From positions 38,201-102,200 of the forward strand of contig JBGSMI010000065.1 of assembly GCA_041740215.1 (NCBI GenBank): DNA of 64,000 nucleotides. The letters are read 5' to 3'. The notes under the pieces are model-generated. The model made no database searches. It was not told the DNA's origin and saw only the letters and a program-made list of their open reading frames with translations. The DNA is from Ferruginibacter sp. Its GTDB lineage: Bacteria > Bacteroidota > Bacteroidia > Chitinophagales > Chitinophagaceae. Within the stretch, counting starts at the first letter, position 1; each line of letters starts with the position of its first letter. Position numbers and translations under genes: made by a program. This document shows, piece after piece, positions 39,862 to 49,752 of this stretch.

Positions 39862-40467
39862 TTACAAGGTAATGCCAGAAAAATCCCAAATCAAGACCAC
39901 TTCTTTTTCCAGCGACATACTACCATCTGGTTTATTTAAAATGGTTGAAATTTTAGCCATTTTATTGCTTTGCCATGTGAGTTGTTGGGTAATTGTTTGG
40001 CTACCCATTCTTGTTTGTTTTACGATGTATACCTTGATTACCCTGCCGGTTTCAGGATGAACATAAACATCCCAATGGCGAAGTGTGATAGAATCCGGCA
40101 GCTTTCCAATTGGATCATAAGTAAAAGTAATTGCATTCAGACTTTGATCAGTAAAACTGCTTTCTATGAAATATTTAGTTAGGTTTGTTTCATTAATCGC
40201 CGGCGTTAGAAAAGGGGAGTAAAAATCCTTTAATTTATCTTTTGAAACCCACACAGAATCCGTCCTGTCTTTAATACGGGTCAATTGCAACGGCGTTATA
40301 GGTAACGAATCCAAAATAATCATCTGGCCTTTAAGAAATGAAGTAACAGGGAAAAACGAATCTATTTTTGCCAACGTTGTTTCCTGCGATGGATTTGACT
40401 GATTATGGTTGCTTGTGCAACTTGAGAGAATAAAAATACTAATTGCGATGAAATAAAATCTGGTCAT
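39862..40467 (-). CDS. Hypothetical lipoprotein
   Basis: Lipobox LSSC at residue 17; 201-aa ORF; TAATTTTG box at 40479-40472 ends 4 nt before the ATG. Confidence 0.75.
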   Translation of the reverse strand: MTRFYFIAISIFILSSCTSNHNQSNPSQETTLAKIDSFFPVTSFLKGQMIILDSLPITPLQLTRIKDRTDSVWVSKDKLKDFYSPFLTPAINETNLTKYFIESSFTDQSLNAITFTYDPIGKLPDSITLRHWDVYVHPETGRVIKVYIVKQTRMGSQTITQQLTWQSNKMAKISTILNKPDGSMSLEKEVVLIWDFSGITL

Positions 40468-40612
40468 TCATCAAAATTACATAGAATGCTTTTCTAAACA
40501 AAAATCACCGGAGATGTAAAGAAAACGTATAGTTAAAACAGGCTTTCAGAAAAAATTTAAAACCGAATATAAGCAATAGCAATTAAGCACAGATATGTAG
40601 CCTAAATGATGA

Positions 40613-42247
40613 TTAATTTAAAGTTTTGGAGATGCCAAACTTGATACCATAGGATACTAATTTCTCTTCTACAGCAAATGTTTTGCTATTGGTAGAAAAC
40701 AATTGCTTACGAAACTGGGGTCCAATCTGCCAGATGAGTCCATTTGATCTAAAAGAAACGAAGGTTTCAAATCCCGCATTTAGATTCCATCTGTTCATCA
40801 TCGAAGCTTCTTTTACATAATTATGCCTGTCAGAAGAAATAAGATATGATTTTCCGCCAGCAACGAATGTGGGCTGTATGGTTGCGCCTATATTCCACTG
40901 TAAACGTTCGTTGCCAATCAATTTTAGGTCAATCCCTACAGGTAGGGATATTTGAAATGTTTCGTTGTGAAGTTTTATAGATTCGAGTCCGCTGTTATTG
41001 GAATAGCCAGTTGACCTGTACACCTCATATAGTGTTTTTGTCTCAAAATTATGCATTGTCAACTTTGTAGCAACAGGATGTGAGTTTGCAAATGCATGTG
41101 CATCATAGCGTGTAAAATTTAACTGGAATGCACCCTTAATTCTTACATTTTTTAAAATTAAATAATTCAATCCAGTTCCAACTTCAAGGCCCAGCGAAGG
41201 CGTTTGAGTTACCGAGGAATTGATGTTTTGATTGGAAGATGAGATTGCAAATGGAGTCGCATTCAAAGTACTACCAGATGCATTACTGCTGTTGAGGGTT
41301 CTATAAACAACGGAAGGTGTTGCATATATTTGCCAATCAAACTTATTTGCCCACTTTTTAGGCGCTGGTCTGTTGTACAAAGCATAATTATCAATCCAAT
41401 TTTTATCATCTGTACCAACAACTACAATTTTGTTAGTAACAAACTTCAATAGTTCAACCCTTGATTGAATCTTTTCAATCTGAATCGCAACTTTATTGCC
41501 CAGTTCGTGATCGAGAAATTCATCAGAAGAATAATTGTTAGATTCAACATCTACAGTATGAAGTATCTTTTTATCTGCCGGAGGTTCATTACTTCCTTTT
41601 GAGGTCACGTTCCCTACATTAAATTCATCCAAATCTGTTACAGCATTAATTTTAAAATCTTTCTTAAATTCAGTACTAATGTCAACTTCCCTTGCTGCTT
41701 TGTAATTGTCTACTATAAGCCCGATATTAGCTTTCTCTTCAATCAGTGAATCAACTTCGCTTGAAATGTCAATATCCAATACTTGATATTTTTTTACCGG
41801 ATTTTTTGAGTGCTGATGAAAAGGATCGGTTTGAGTAAAAAAGGATGTTTTTACAGATGCTGCTGTTGTTATCGCATGATTTTCTTTAAAACCGGAACTA
41901 TTTTTTACGATTTTTTTTGTAAAAGGATTTAAACTGGAAGCAAGACCAACAATTTTATTCGTGTCAACAACCTGAGCTGATTTTATATTATTGAAAGCTG
42001 TAGTTTGATAGCTAATGTTACTTTTCTTGATTGCTGTATAGGAGCTTGTATTCCTCGTGTTAAGATAACCTACCAGTAATAATGCAGAAATAAGCGTAAT
42101 ACACATTGCAACGGATGGCCATTTTTGCCCGGGATGAATGTTATTGTACACGCTGTGCCAAATCCGTTTGGACGGGTACATTTTGAATTGGTCTGACTTT
42201 TCTCTCAGCAATCGTTCAAAGTCGTCAGTATGAAAATTTCTATCCAT
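40613..42247 (-). CDS. Putative anti-sigma factor with a C-terminal outer-membrane beta-barrel (Dma/Reo-like architecture)
   Basis: Short N-terminal helical domain (DDFERLLREK...PSKRIWHSVYNNI), one TM helix, ~230-aa polar low-complexity linker, then alternating amphipathic beta-strands ending YGIKFGISKTL; directly downstream of an ECF sigma. Confidence 0.7.
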   Translation of the reverse strand: MDRNFHTDDFERLLREKSDQFKMYPSKRIWHSVYNNIHPGQKWPSVAMCITLISALLLVGYLNTRNTSSYTAIKKSNISYQTTAFNNIKSAQVVDTNKIVGLASSLNPFTKKIVKNSSGFKENHAITTAASVKTSFFTQTDPFHQHSKNPVKKYQVLDIDISSEVDSLIEEKANIGLIVDNYKAAREVDISTEFKKDFKINAVTDLDEFNVGNVTSKGSNEPPADKKILHTVDVESNNYSSDEFLDHELGNKVAIQIEKIQSRVELLKFVTNKIVVVGTDDKNWIDNYALYNRPAPKKWANKFDWQIYATPSVVYRTLNSSNASGSTLNATPFAISSSNQNINSSVTQTPSLGLEVGTGLNYLILKNVRIKGAFQLNFTRYDAHAFANSHPVATKLTMHNFETKTLYEVYRSTGYSNNSGLESIKLHNETFQISLPVGIDLKLIGNERLQWNIGATIQPTFVAGGKSYLISSDRHNYVKEASMMNRWNLNAGFETFVSFRSNGLIWQIGPQFRKQLFSTNSKTFAVEEKLVSYGIKFGISKTLN

Positions 42248-42291
42248 CTTTCACAAGGTTTCTTTATAATCCTTTGTTAGTTTGGTAAATC

Positions 42292-42873
42292 CTATTTTGA
42301 AGCCACTTTTCCGAAAAAAGAAGACCTGGCTTTCGGCTTTAACATTATTTTCTTTTTGATTAAAACATCTTCCAGCATCGCTTTCGCTCTTGTATATTGT
42401 GATCTGCTTGTACTTTCTTCTATATCCAGCATTCCGCCAATTTCTTTATGTGAATAACCTTCAATTGCATAAAGGTTTAGTACTGTTCTATAACCTATTG
42501 GTAATAACCGGATGCATTCTACTACTTCTTTTGCCTGCATGATAGAGGGAATGCTTTCTTCTCTTATACCAACAGAACCCGCAAAGGATATATCAACGCT
42601 ATCAGAGAATTTTTTATTCTTCTTCAACAAATTAATACAAGTATGAACTATTATTCTCCTGATCCAACCTTCCAATGCGCCTTCACTTCTATACTGGTGT
42701 ATTTGCGAAAAGATTTTTATAAACCCTTCCTGCAGCATATCCTCTGCGTCTTCCCTGTTTTTTGCAAATCGATAGCAAACTCCCAACATGCGAGGGCTAA
42801 ATCGACTATATAATGCCTCTTGAGAGGTAGCATTATTGGAAAGACATCCGGCCAGCATAAGCTCTTCTGTCAT
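42292..42873 (-). CDS. ECF RNA polymerase sigma-70 factor
   Basis: Region 2 EDAEDMLQEGFIKIF...EGWIRRI; region 4 LPIGYRTVLNLYAIEGYSHKEIG..L.I.ESTSRSQYTRAK. Confidence 0.95.
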   Translation of the reverse strand: MTEELMLAGCLSNNATSQEALYSRFSPRMLGVCYRFAKNREDAEDMLQEGFIKIFSQIHQYRSEGALEGWIRRIIVHTCINLLKKNKKFSDSVDISFAGSVGIREESIPSIMQAKEVVECIRLLPIGYRTVLNLYAIEGYSHKEIGGMLDIEESTSRSQYTRAKAMLEDVLIKKKIMLKPKARSSFFGKVASK

Positions 42874-42976
42874 ATTTGTGCTTTGTTTACACTATAAATA
42901 TAGACAAAATACTTTACTAAACTGCTGCATAAAGAGAAACAGCCAAAATTATTTTTTGGCTGTTTCTTCTCTAATA

Positions 42977-45286
42977 TTACCAGTTTGCTCTGAATGCAAC
43001 AATGAAATTTCTTCCTCCGGCCGAAAAACCGGATGCAAAAGACCGATAGTTTTTGTCAAATATATTTTCAACTCCAATTTGTAGCTGTAAACTCTTTGTA
43101 AAGTTGCAGTTACTTCTCAAATTTGCAGTAAACCATGATGGCATACCATCTGCTGTGGCATACTGTGCATTGTCCTCACCATCACTGCTATACTCATCCA
43201 GGTGTTTCCATCCATTATAAAGCAGGTAAAATTCTGCATTCATTTTTTTGTGCTGCCAGGTAATACTTGTTTTACCCATCAGCGGTGGGATGTGATCCAA
43301 TGGTTTACTGGATACCTTTTTATCAACCAACAGATAAGATCCATTCGGCTGTTTCTCATAAATGCGGGATGTTTTACTATCATCCGTTTTATAACTCCCC
43401 TTGGTATAACTAATCGTACTGTTAATACTTACACCTTCAAAAACTGATGCAATTACACCAAGAGTAAAACCGTAAAGGGTAGCTTTGTTCACATTCTGAC
43501 TGGCCAATATCTGGCTTTTTACACCATTGAAAATAATTGAATCCTCTCCATTTAGTTGATAAGGTGCTTTAATAATGGCATTGTTAAACCAGGTATAAAA
43601 TCCAGTTGCTTCAATCGTCACTTTATCTGCAATTACCTGATTAACTGATAGATCCAGATTGTAGGTGTACTCCGGTTTAAGATTAGCATTGGGGACTACC
43701 ACTTGCCTGACTGCTGTACTGGACTCAAAAATCTTTGACAAATCATCGATGTTTGGTGCTCTAAATCCTGAAGAAAACGACACCCTGATAATGGTGTTTT
43801 TTTGGGGAGTAATGATAAGTCCTGCATTTCCTGTAATGGCTAAATTGTTTTGCTTTACTGCTGTATCTGGCAAATTCAGAAAGGAATTATCCAGTACGTT
43901 ACTAGTTAAACTGATTGCCTGCAAACGAAGCCCATCATTTAATACTAGTTTTTTATTGCTGAATTTATGTGTGTGTTGTGCGTAAATACCAAAATTGTTC
44001 ATGTTGTTTTTACCATCAGGATAACGGGAATTCAATTTGCCGATAGCACCGGTGTTTAGATTAGTTCTGCTAGCAGTCGATTTTACCTTATTTAACTGAG
44101 CATCTGCACCTAACACTAATTCATTGGCACCCATCATTTTTCTGCCACTGATGGTAGTTCCAAATACCTTTACTTTTTCTACCTGCTTGTCAAAGCGATC
44201 CATTCGCCTGTATTCTCTTGTGATGCGGCTTTCTTCAATATCCTGATAATTGATATTTACCTTTAGCTCATCAAAAAAACCTGTTTTTAATGCATTCAAT
44301 TCATAAGCACCCAGTAATCTTTTTTGAGGTCCATAATACCATTCTGCAAACCGTAATGTAGTGCCAATGCTACCTCCAAAATTCCGAACATCCTGCAGCC
44401 GGTCGTAACGCGGTACATTAGTAGTGTTGGATAGCTGAAAATTTAAAGAATGGCTGATTTGGTTATTTTGTTTGAATAAAAATTTTTGAGTGATGTCCCA
44501 TTGTTCATAACCTGAATATTTCTGTACCCTGTCATCCGGGTTTGTAAGTACCGAATCTATGCCATTGACCTGGCCAATATACTCACTTCGTCTGCCAAAA
44601 TTTGGATATTTTTTATTGTAATTTCTACCCATTTTCATATCACCAAAATCGCTGTAGTTATAGGCTTGCAACCAGGCAAACTTTTTACCACCAATACTGG
44701 CATCTGCATGAACGGCTTTTTCATTATTAACCGAACTATATCGGGTAAACGCCGTACCTGTAAAAAGAGCATTTTTATCGCCGGATAGCACGGGCGATTT
44801 TGTAATTAAATGAATGGTTCCACCTAATGCGTCGCTTCCATAAACAGTGGATGACGGACCGTACATTACTTCCACCCGGCTTAATGAGTTTTGGTCGGTA
44901 GTAATTATATTCTGGAGATGTCCCGATCTATAAATGGCATTGTTCATTCTTACGCCATCAATCACCAATAGAATCCGGCTGGCTTCAAAGCCACGTAAAA
45001 TGGGACTGCTGCCTCCCTGCTGACTTTTTTGCACAAATACTTTTCCAGTATTAATCAGTAGATCGCCGGTGTTTTGCGCATTTATCTGAGCAATGCTTTT
45101 GGCAGAAATTACCTCGATTTTTTGTGCTATATTTTTTTTCTTTTCCGCAAAATTACTTGCTGATATAACAACCTCTTCCAATAATATATCGTTTTTGATT
45201 GTATCACTGGTCGCAGCGTTTTTTTGTTGCGCATGAATATTCTGAAGCAATAAAATGCTCACTATTATTAAATAGTTTTTTCTCAT
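42977..45286 (-). CDS. TonB-dependent receptor (heme/hemoglobin-receptor-like family)
   Basis: Signal peptide MRKNYLIIVS, LEEVVISA TonB box, SQQGGSSPILRGFE plug, SGFRAPN, NIFDKNY and end FIVAFRANW; start moved to ATG 45286; substrate not established. Confidence 0.9.
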   Translation of the reverse strand: MRKNYLIIVSILLLQNIHAQQKNAATSDTIKNDILLEEVVISASNFAEKKKNIAQKIEVISAKSIAQINAQNTGDLLINTGKVFVQKSQQGGSSPILRGFEASRILLVIDGVRMNNAIYRSGHLQNIITTDQNSLSRVEVMYGPSSTVYGSDALGGTIHLITKSPVLSGDKNALFTGTAFTRYSSVNNEKAVHADASIGGKKFAWLQAYNYSDFGDMKMGRNYNKKYPNFGRRSEYIGQVNGIDSVLTNPDDRVQKYSGYEQWDITQKFLFKQNNQISHSLNFQLSNTTNVPRYDRLQDVRNFGGSIGTTLRFAEWYYGPQKRLLGAYELNALKTGFFDELKVNINYQDIEESRITREYRRMDRFDKQVEKVKVFGTTISGRKMMGANELVLGADAQLNKVKSTASRTNLNTGAIGKLNSRYPDGKNNMNNFGIYAQHTHKFSNKKLVLNDGLRLQAISLTSNVLDNSFLNLPDTAVKQNNLAITGNAGLIITPQKNTIIRVSFSSGFRAPNIDDLSKIFESSTAVRQVVVPNANLKPEYTYNLDLSVNQVIADKVTIEATGFYTWFNNAIIKAPYQLNGEDSIIFNGVKSQILASQNVNKATLYGFTLGVIASVFEGVSINSTISYTKGSYKTDDSKTSRIYEKQPNGSYLLVDKKVSSKPLDHIPPLMGKTSITWQHKKMNAEFYLLYNGWKHLDEYSSDGEDNAQYATADGMPSWFTANLRSNCNFTKSLQLQIGVENIFDKNYRSFASGFSAGGRNFIVAFRANW

Positions 45287-45375
45287 TCGATTAGTTTTAT
45301 GCAAAAGGCTGCATGCTATAATTACACAGCAAGACACACCTATAAAATAAGTGTCCGTAAAAAATAAATCAACGA

Positions 45376-45882
45376 CTAAATAACCGGCGGCGGAGTTTTT
45401 ATTGCAAAATGTTGGCTGGTTAGGTCTTCGTCGTAATATCCGAAGAAAGTCAACACATTTGGAGCTAACCATGGTGAGTATGCTACATGGTTTTTTATAA
45501 AGACAGGGGTTAAAATGAATTTTAGGATTAGCTTACTTATTGGGGATGGTTCGTTTTTTTTTTGATGCATAACAGATGAAAATACTTTTTCTAATTCATT
45601 TTCATCGTCGTCAAATAAGCCTTTTACAACTATTTCATCTTTGTAGATAACAATTGATTTTACATCAAATAATTGTCCGTCAATAATGATTTCTTTATTT
45701 TTTTTTACCCATTTAAATTCAGACTTTTTAATGGTAATTGTTTGTAGCGAAGCATACTCCAGCTTTTCTTTCATCTCATGCTGAATATGCTGTTGCTTAA
45801 TAAAAAATGCAATCAAAAACAGTATTGGAGCGGTTAAACTAACCAGCATTGAAGCTGCTAATATTTTTTTTGGATTGAACAT
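45376..45882 (-). CDS. Hypothetical membrane-anchored protein upstream of the TonB receptor
   Basis: N-terminal TM helix, FKWVKKNKEIIIDGQLFDV, C-terminal KTPPPVI. Confidence 0.7.
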   Translation of the reverse strand: MFNPKKILAASMLVSLTAPILFLIAFFIKQQHIQHEMKEKLEYASLQTITIKKSEFKWVKKNKEIIIDGQLFDVKSIVIYKDEIVVKGLFDDDENELEKVFSSVMHQKKNEPSPISKLILKFILTPVFIKNHVAYSPWLAPNVLTFFGYYDEDLTSQHFAIKTPPPVI

Positions 45883-45901
45883 TATTGAAAAACCAGGTCT
45901 G

Positions 45902-46426
45902 TTATTTTGTAGCTACTTGTTGGGGTTTTTGTGGACGTTTCAGGCTATCTACAGGATATTGCACTTTCATGCTATCCCTGATAGCTGTTGCCCAATTGGT
46001 AAGACTTAATTTTTGCTCTTTATTGAGGATTGCATTTCGGTGTATACGGGTATAAGACGGCAGCGGCATTTCATTTTCTTCTACCTGTTCAATAATCTCT
46101 TCAAATTTCTTGTATTTTCTGGCGATCCGATAAGAAGCAAACTCAGAAAAATTGACTTCTTTTTTACCCTCCAATACGTGATCATTTAACCACCATGCCA
46201 CCGGTTGAATATAGGAATACCAAGGGTACTTTGTATTGTTGCTATGGCAATCGTAGCAACTGCTTTGAAGAATTAATTGTACATCATTCGGTATCGTATA
46301 AACACTGCTGATGTCGTTGGCAAAAGCAGCGGAATCGGTACTCGTATTTTTAACCGGTCGAAAAAACTGGATGACAATGACTGCAATCAGCAAGAGTATG
46401 CCGAAAATTTTCAATATTTTTTTCAT
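45902..46426 (-). CDS. Heme-binding domain protein (Haem_bd-type cytochrome c)
   Basis: SCYDCHSNNTKYPWYSYIQPVAWWL..HV.EG and EMPLPSY. Confidence 0.9.
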   Translation of the reverse strand: MKKILKIFGILLLIAVIVIQFFRPVKNTSTDSAAFANDISSVYTIPNDVQLILQSSCYDCHSNNTKYPWYSYIQPVAWWLNDHVLEGKKEVNFSEFASYRIARKYKKFEEIIEQVEENEMPLPSYTRIHRNAILNKEQKLSLTNWATAIRDSMKVQYPVDSLKRPQKPQQVATK

Positions 46427-46435
46427 GATTGTTTT

Positions 46436-47956
46436 TTAATCTTCTATAAGGATATTACCGGTCATTTCCGCCGGAATAGGTAATCCCATTCTTGTTAAAA
46501 TAGAGGGAGCAATATCTCCCAATTTACCATTCTTTACAGTGCCTTTCCATTCATTATCAATAACAAAAAACGGAACCAGATTTAAGGTATGGGCAGTATT
46601 TGGTGTGCCGTCTTCATTGATCTCATAATCTGCATTACCATGATCAGCTAAAATAAAAATTGTGTAATCGCTTTTCAATGCAGCAGTTACTACTCTTTCT
46701 ACGCAGGTATCTACAGTTTCAACAGCTTTTATTACGGCTTCCCAAACACCCGTATGACCTACCATGTCTGCATTGGCAAAATTCAAACAAATAAAATCTG
46801 CTGTTTTATTCTCAATTTCGGGGATGATGGCATTGGTTAATTCAACCGCACTCATTTCTGGTTGAAGATCGTAGGTAGCAACTTTGGGAGAAGGGATCAT
46901 GATTCTTTTTTCTCCATCAAAGGGAACTTCCCGGCCACCACTAAAAAAGAAAGTAACGTGTGGATATTTTTCCGTTTCAGCTATCCTGATCTGGGATTTG
47001 CCATTTTGTTGCAACACTTCACCCATGGTATTTACAAGATCATCTTTTTCAAAAATTGCTTGTACATTTTTATAAGAATGATCATACCGTGTCATTGTTA
47101 TATAGTGCAAATTAAGCTTATGCATGTCAAATTCATGCATATCAGTTTGGGTTAACACTTCTGTAATTTCCCTGCAACGGTCTGTTCTGAAATTGAAACT
47201 GATTACAACATCTCCATCCTTGATTTTACCATTTGGCACATTGCTGTTGATGATTGGCTTAATGAACTCATCAGTTACCCCATCTTCATAAGATTGCTTA
47301 ACTGCTGCGAGTACATCATCAGTGTAAAATCCAATACCATTTACCATTGCATCGTACGCCAGCTTTACTCTTTCCCAACGTTTATCTCTGTCCATACCAT
47401 AATACCTCCCGGTAATGCTGGCAATGGACCCGGTTGAATGATCCAGGTGGTTTTTTAATTCGGTAATGAACCCAAGACCGCTTTTGGGGTCTGTATCTCT
47501 TCCATCAGTAAAAGCATGAACTAATAAATCAGTTAAACCTTCAGTTTTGCAAAGCGTTGCAAATGCTTTAACGTGATTGATGTGAGAATGTACTCCACCA
47601 TTGCTTACGAGCCCCATCAAATGAAGCGTTTTATTATTTGCTATTGCGAAATGTATAGCATGTAAAATGACTTCACTTTGTTGAAATTCGCCACTGCGAA
47701 TGGCTACATTGATTCGCTGTAGCTGCTGGTACACAATTTTTCCGGCACCCAGATTTAAATGCCCCACTTCACTATTTCCCATCTGCCCGGCTGGCAGCCC
47801 TACATCTTCCCCACAGGTTACCAGCGTTGAGTTCGGATATTTATTGTATAAAGAGGTTACAAATGGCACATTGGCATTTTGAATGGCGTCGCTGCTTTTT
47901 ACCTTTCCAAGGCCCCAGCCGTCCATAATTACCAGGATTGTTTTTTTCGTATTCAT
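46436..47956 (-). CDS. gpmI: 2,3-bisphosphoglycerate-independent phosphoglycerate mutase
   Basis: ILVIMDGWG, GQMGNSEVGH, AETEKYPHVTFFFSGG and NFANADMVGHTG. Confidence 0.97.
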   Translation of the reverse strand: MNTKKTILVIMDGWGLGKVKSSDAIQNANVPFVTSLYNKYPNSTLVTCGEDVGLPAGQMGNSEVGHLNLGAGKIVYQQLQRINVAIRSGEFQQSEVILHAIHFAIANNKTLHLMGLVSNGGVHSHINHVKAFATLCKTEGLTDLLVHAFTDGRDTDPKSGLGFITELKNHLDHSTGSIASITGRYYGMDRDKRWERVKLAYDAMVNGIGFYTDDVLAAVKQSYEDGVTDEFIKPIINSNVPNGKIKDGDVVISFNFRTDRCREITEVLTQTDMHEFDMHKLNLHYITMTRYDHSYKNVQAIFEKDDLVNTMGEVLQQNGKSQIRIAETEKYPHVTFFFSGGREVPFDGEKRIMIPSPKVATYDLQPEMSAVELTNAIIPEIENKTADFICLNFANADMVGHTGVWEAVIKAVETVDTCVERVVTAALKSDYTIFILADHGNADYEINEDGTPNTAHTLNLVPFFVIDNEWKGTVKNGKLGDIAPSILTRMGLPIPAEMTGNILIED

Positions 47957-48080
47957 AGTTCAAAGTTAACTTTTTTAACCCTTTTGGAAAAAGCTAATTA
48001 TCTTTTCACAATATTACTTACCAACAACCCTTAACCTTGGCACGTTTTTGGCAAATTTTTGATCCGTTAAAATACCGAAT

Positions 48081-48461
48081 ATGAAACAATTTTTTACATT
48101 ATCTATACTGATTACTTTTCTATCTTCCTTCACAATTTATATAGGTATTGAAGACGTGATAGCGGCCATAAAATCTGGCAATGCCACATCTGTTGCCAAG
48201 TATTTTGATAACAGTGTTGATATCAGCATGCCTTCAAAAAGCAATAGTTATAGCAAGAGCCAGGCGGAATTGGTGTTAAAGGATTTTTTTGCTTCAAATC
48301 CTGTCAAAAGTTTTGATATCATCCACAAGGGGGAAAATGCAGGATCGCAATATTGTATTGGCACTTTGCAAACAAAAAATGGCACTTACAGAACTACCAT
48401 TTTTATGAAACAAAAAGGCGACAAGCAAGTGCTGCAAGAGTTGCGTTTTGAAAACCGCTGA
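48081..48461 (+). CDS. DUF4783 family exported protein
   Basis: Signal peptide; KSGNATSVAKYF...YSKSQAELVLKDFF; usually found beside nadC in Bacteroidota. Confidence 0.8.
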   Translation: MKQFFTLSILITFLSSFTIYIGIEDVIAAIKSGNATSVAKYFDNSVDISMPSKSNSYSKSQAELVLKDFFASNPVKSFDIIHKGENAGSQYCIGTLQTKNGTYRTTIFMKQKGDKQVLQELRFENR

Positions 48462-48486
48462 TAAGATTTTAGAAAGCAATTTTTAC

Positions 48487-48518
48487 AACCTGTAAGACTT
48501 TTCTCTTACAGGTTTTTT
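48487..48518 (+). terminator. Intrinsic terminator after the DUF4783 gene
   Basis: AACCTGTAAGA-N6-TCTTACAGGTT followed by TTTT. Confidence 0.85.
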
Positions 48519-48536
48519 ATTTTTATAAATTTGCGA

Positions 48537-49397
48537 ATGATTCATTTCGAAGAACAATTGACGTTATTGATAAGGAATGCCTTTGCTGAAGATATCGGTG
48601 ATGGAGATCATTCAACCTTATCAAGTATTTCCGCCACCGCAAAAGGTAAGGCTATTTTGAAAATTAAAGATGACGGATTGCTTGCTGGTGTATCCGTTGC
48701 AGAGAAAATATTCCGGTATATGCAACCCGATATTGTATTTACCAGTACAAAAAACGATGGAGAACAGATGGTTTTTGGCGAAACAGCTTTTAATGTAGAA
48801 GCAAAAATTCATACCATTTTACAGTGCGAACGTCTGGTATTAAACTGTATGCAACGGATGAGCGGTATCGCTACGCTAACAAAGAAGTACGTAGATAAGC
48901 TGATTGGGTATAACACCAGGTTGTTGGATACCCGTAAGACTACCCCTAACTTTAGGGTATTGGAAAAGGAGGCCGTTCGCATCGGAGGTGGCGTCAATCA
49001 TCGCTTTGGGTTGTTTGATATGATTATGTTAAAAGATAATCACATTGACTATTGCGGCGGTATTGAAAATGCGATTGAAAATGCGAATGCTTATGTTCAA
49101 TCAACAAAACCGGGCTTGAAGATTGAAGTAGAAACCCGTAGCTTAGCCGATGTGAAAAAAGTAATGTTAGTTGGAAAAGTAGATCGCATAATGCTTGATA
49201 ATTTTACACCAGAATTAATTACTGAGGCGTTAAAAATAATTGATGGTCAATATGAAACTGAGGCCAGCGGAGGAATAAATTTGAACAATATAGAAGCCTA
49301 TGCTGCAACCGGGGTAGATTATGTTTCAAGCGGGTCGATCATTCACCAGGCCAGAAGTTTAGACTTAAGTTTAAAGGCTGTTATTGTAAAGCATTAA
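48537..49397 (+). CDS. nadC: Nicotinate-nucleotide diphosphorylase (carboxylating)
   Basis: EDIGDGDHST, ER..LN..QRMSGIAT, DTRKTTP, HRFGLFDMIMLKDNH and EASGGI; TAAATTTG box at 48526-48533. Confidence 0.96.
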   Translation: MIHFEEQLTLLIRNAFAEDIGDGDHSTLSSISATAKGKAILKIKDDGLLAGVSVAEKIFRYMQPDIVFTSTKNDGEQMVFGETAFNVEAKIHTILQCERLVLNCMQRMSGIATLTKKYVDKLIGYNTRLLDTRKTTPNFRVLEKEAVRIGGGVNHRFGLFDMIMLKDNHIDYCGGIENAIENANAYVQSTKPGLKIEVETRSLADVKKVMLVGKVDRIMLDNFTPELITEALKIIDGQYETEASGGINLNNIEAYAATGVDYVSSGSIIHQARSLDLSLKAVIVKH

Positions 49398-49407
49398 ATG
49401 AAGTACC

Positions 49408-49752
49408 ATGTCTAAAATAAAACAAAACTCATTGGGAGGATTGGTTTATTCAACCGATCCCAATTTTAAACCGGAGCGAGATATTGCCAGCGAAGAAGAA
49501 ACACTATTGCCGGCTCAGCAAAAATTAAAAGTAAGGCTGGATACCAAGCACCGGGCCGGTAAGGCGGTAACATTGGTTGAAGGTTTCGTTGGCGCTACGT
49601 CCGATAAAGAAGATTTGGGCAAGAAACTTAAAACATTTTGTGGCACGGGAGGATCTGTAAAAGAAGGTGAAATAATTGTGCAAGGAGATAACAGGGTCAA
49701 AGTGCTGCAATGGTTGTTAAAAAATGGATATAAAACTGCTAAAAGGGTTTGA
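49408..49752 (+). CDS. yciH: Translation initiation factor SUI1/YciH family
   Basis: LVYSTDP, HRAGKAVTLVEG and KKLKTFCGTGGSVKEGEIIVQGD. Confidence 0.92.
   Translation: MSKIKQNSLGGLVYSTDPNFKPERDIASEEETLLPAQQKLKVRLDTKHRAGKAVTLVEGFVGATSDKEDLGKKLKTFCGTGGSVKEGEIIVQGDNRVKVLQWLLKNGYKTAKRV

Noticed and set aside
45287-45472. 62-aa N-terminal extension of the TonB receptor in the track
   Set aside because: It overlaps the upstream gene, and a clean signal peptide begins at ATG 45286
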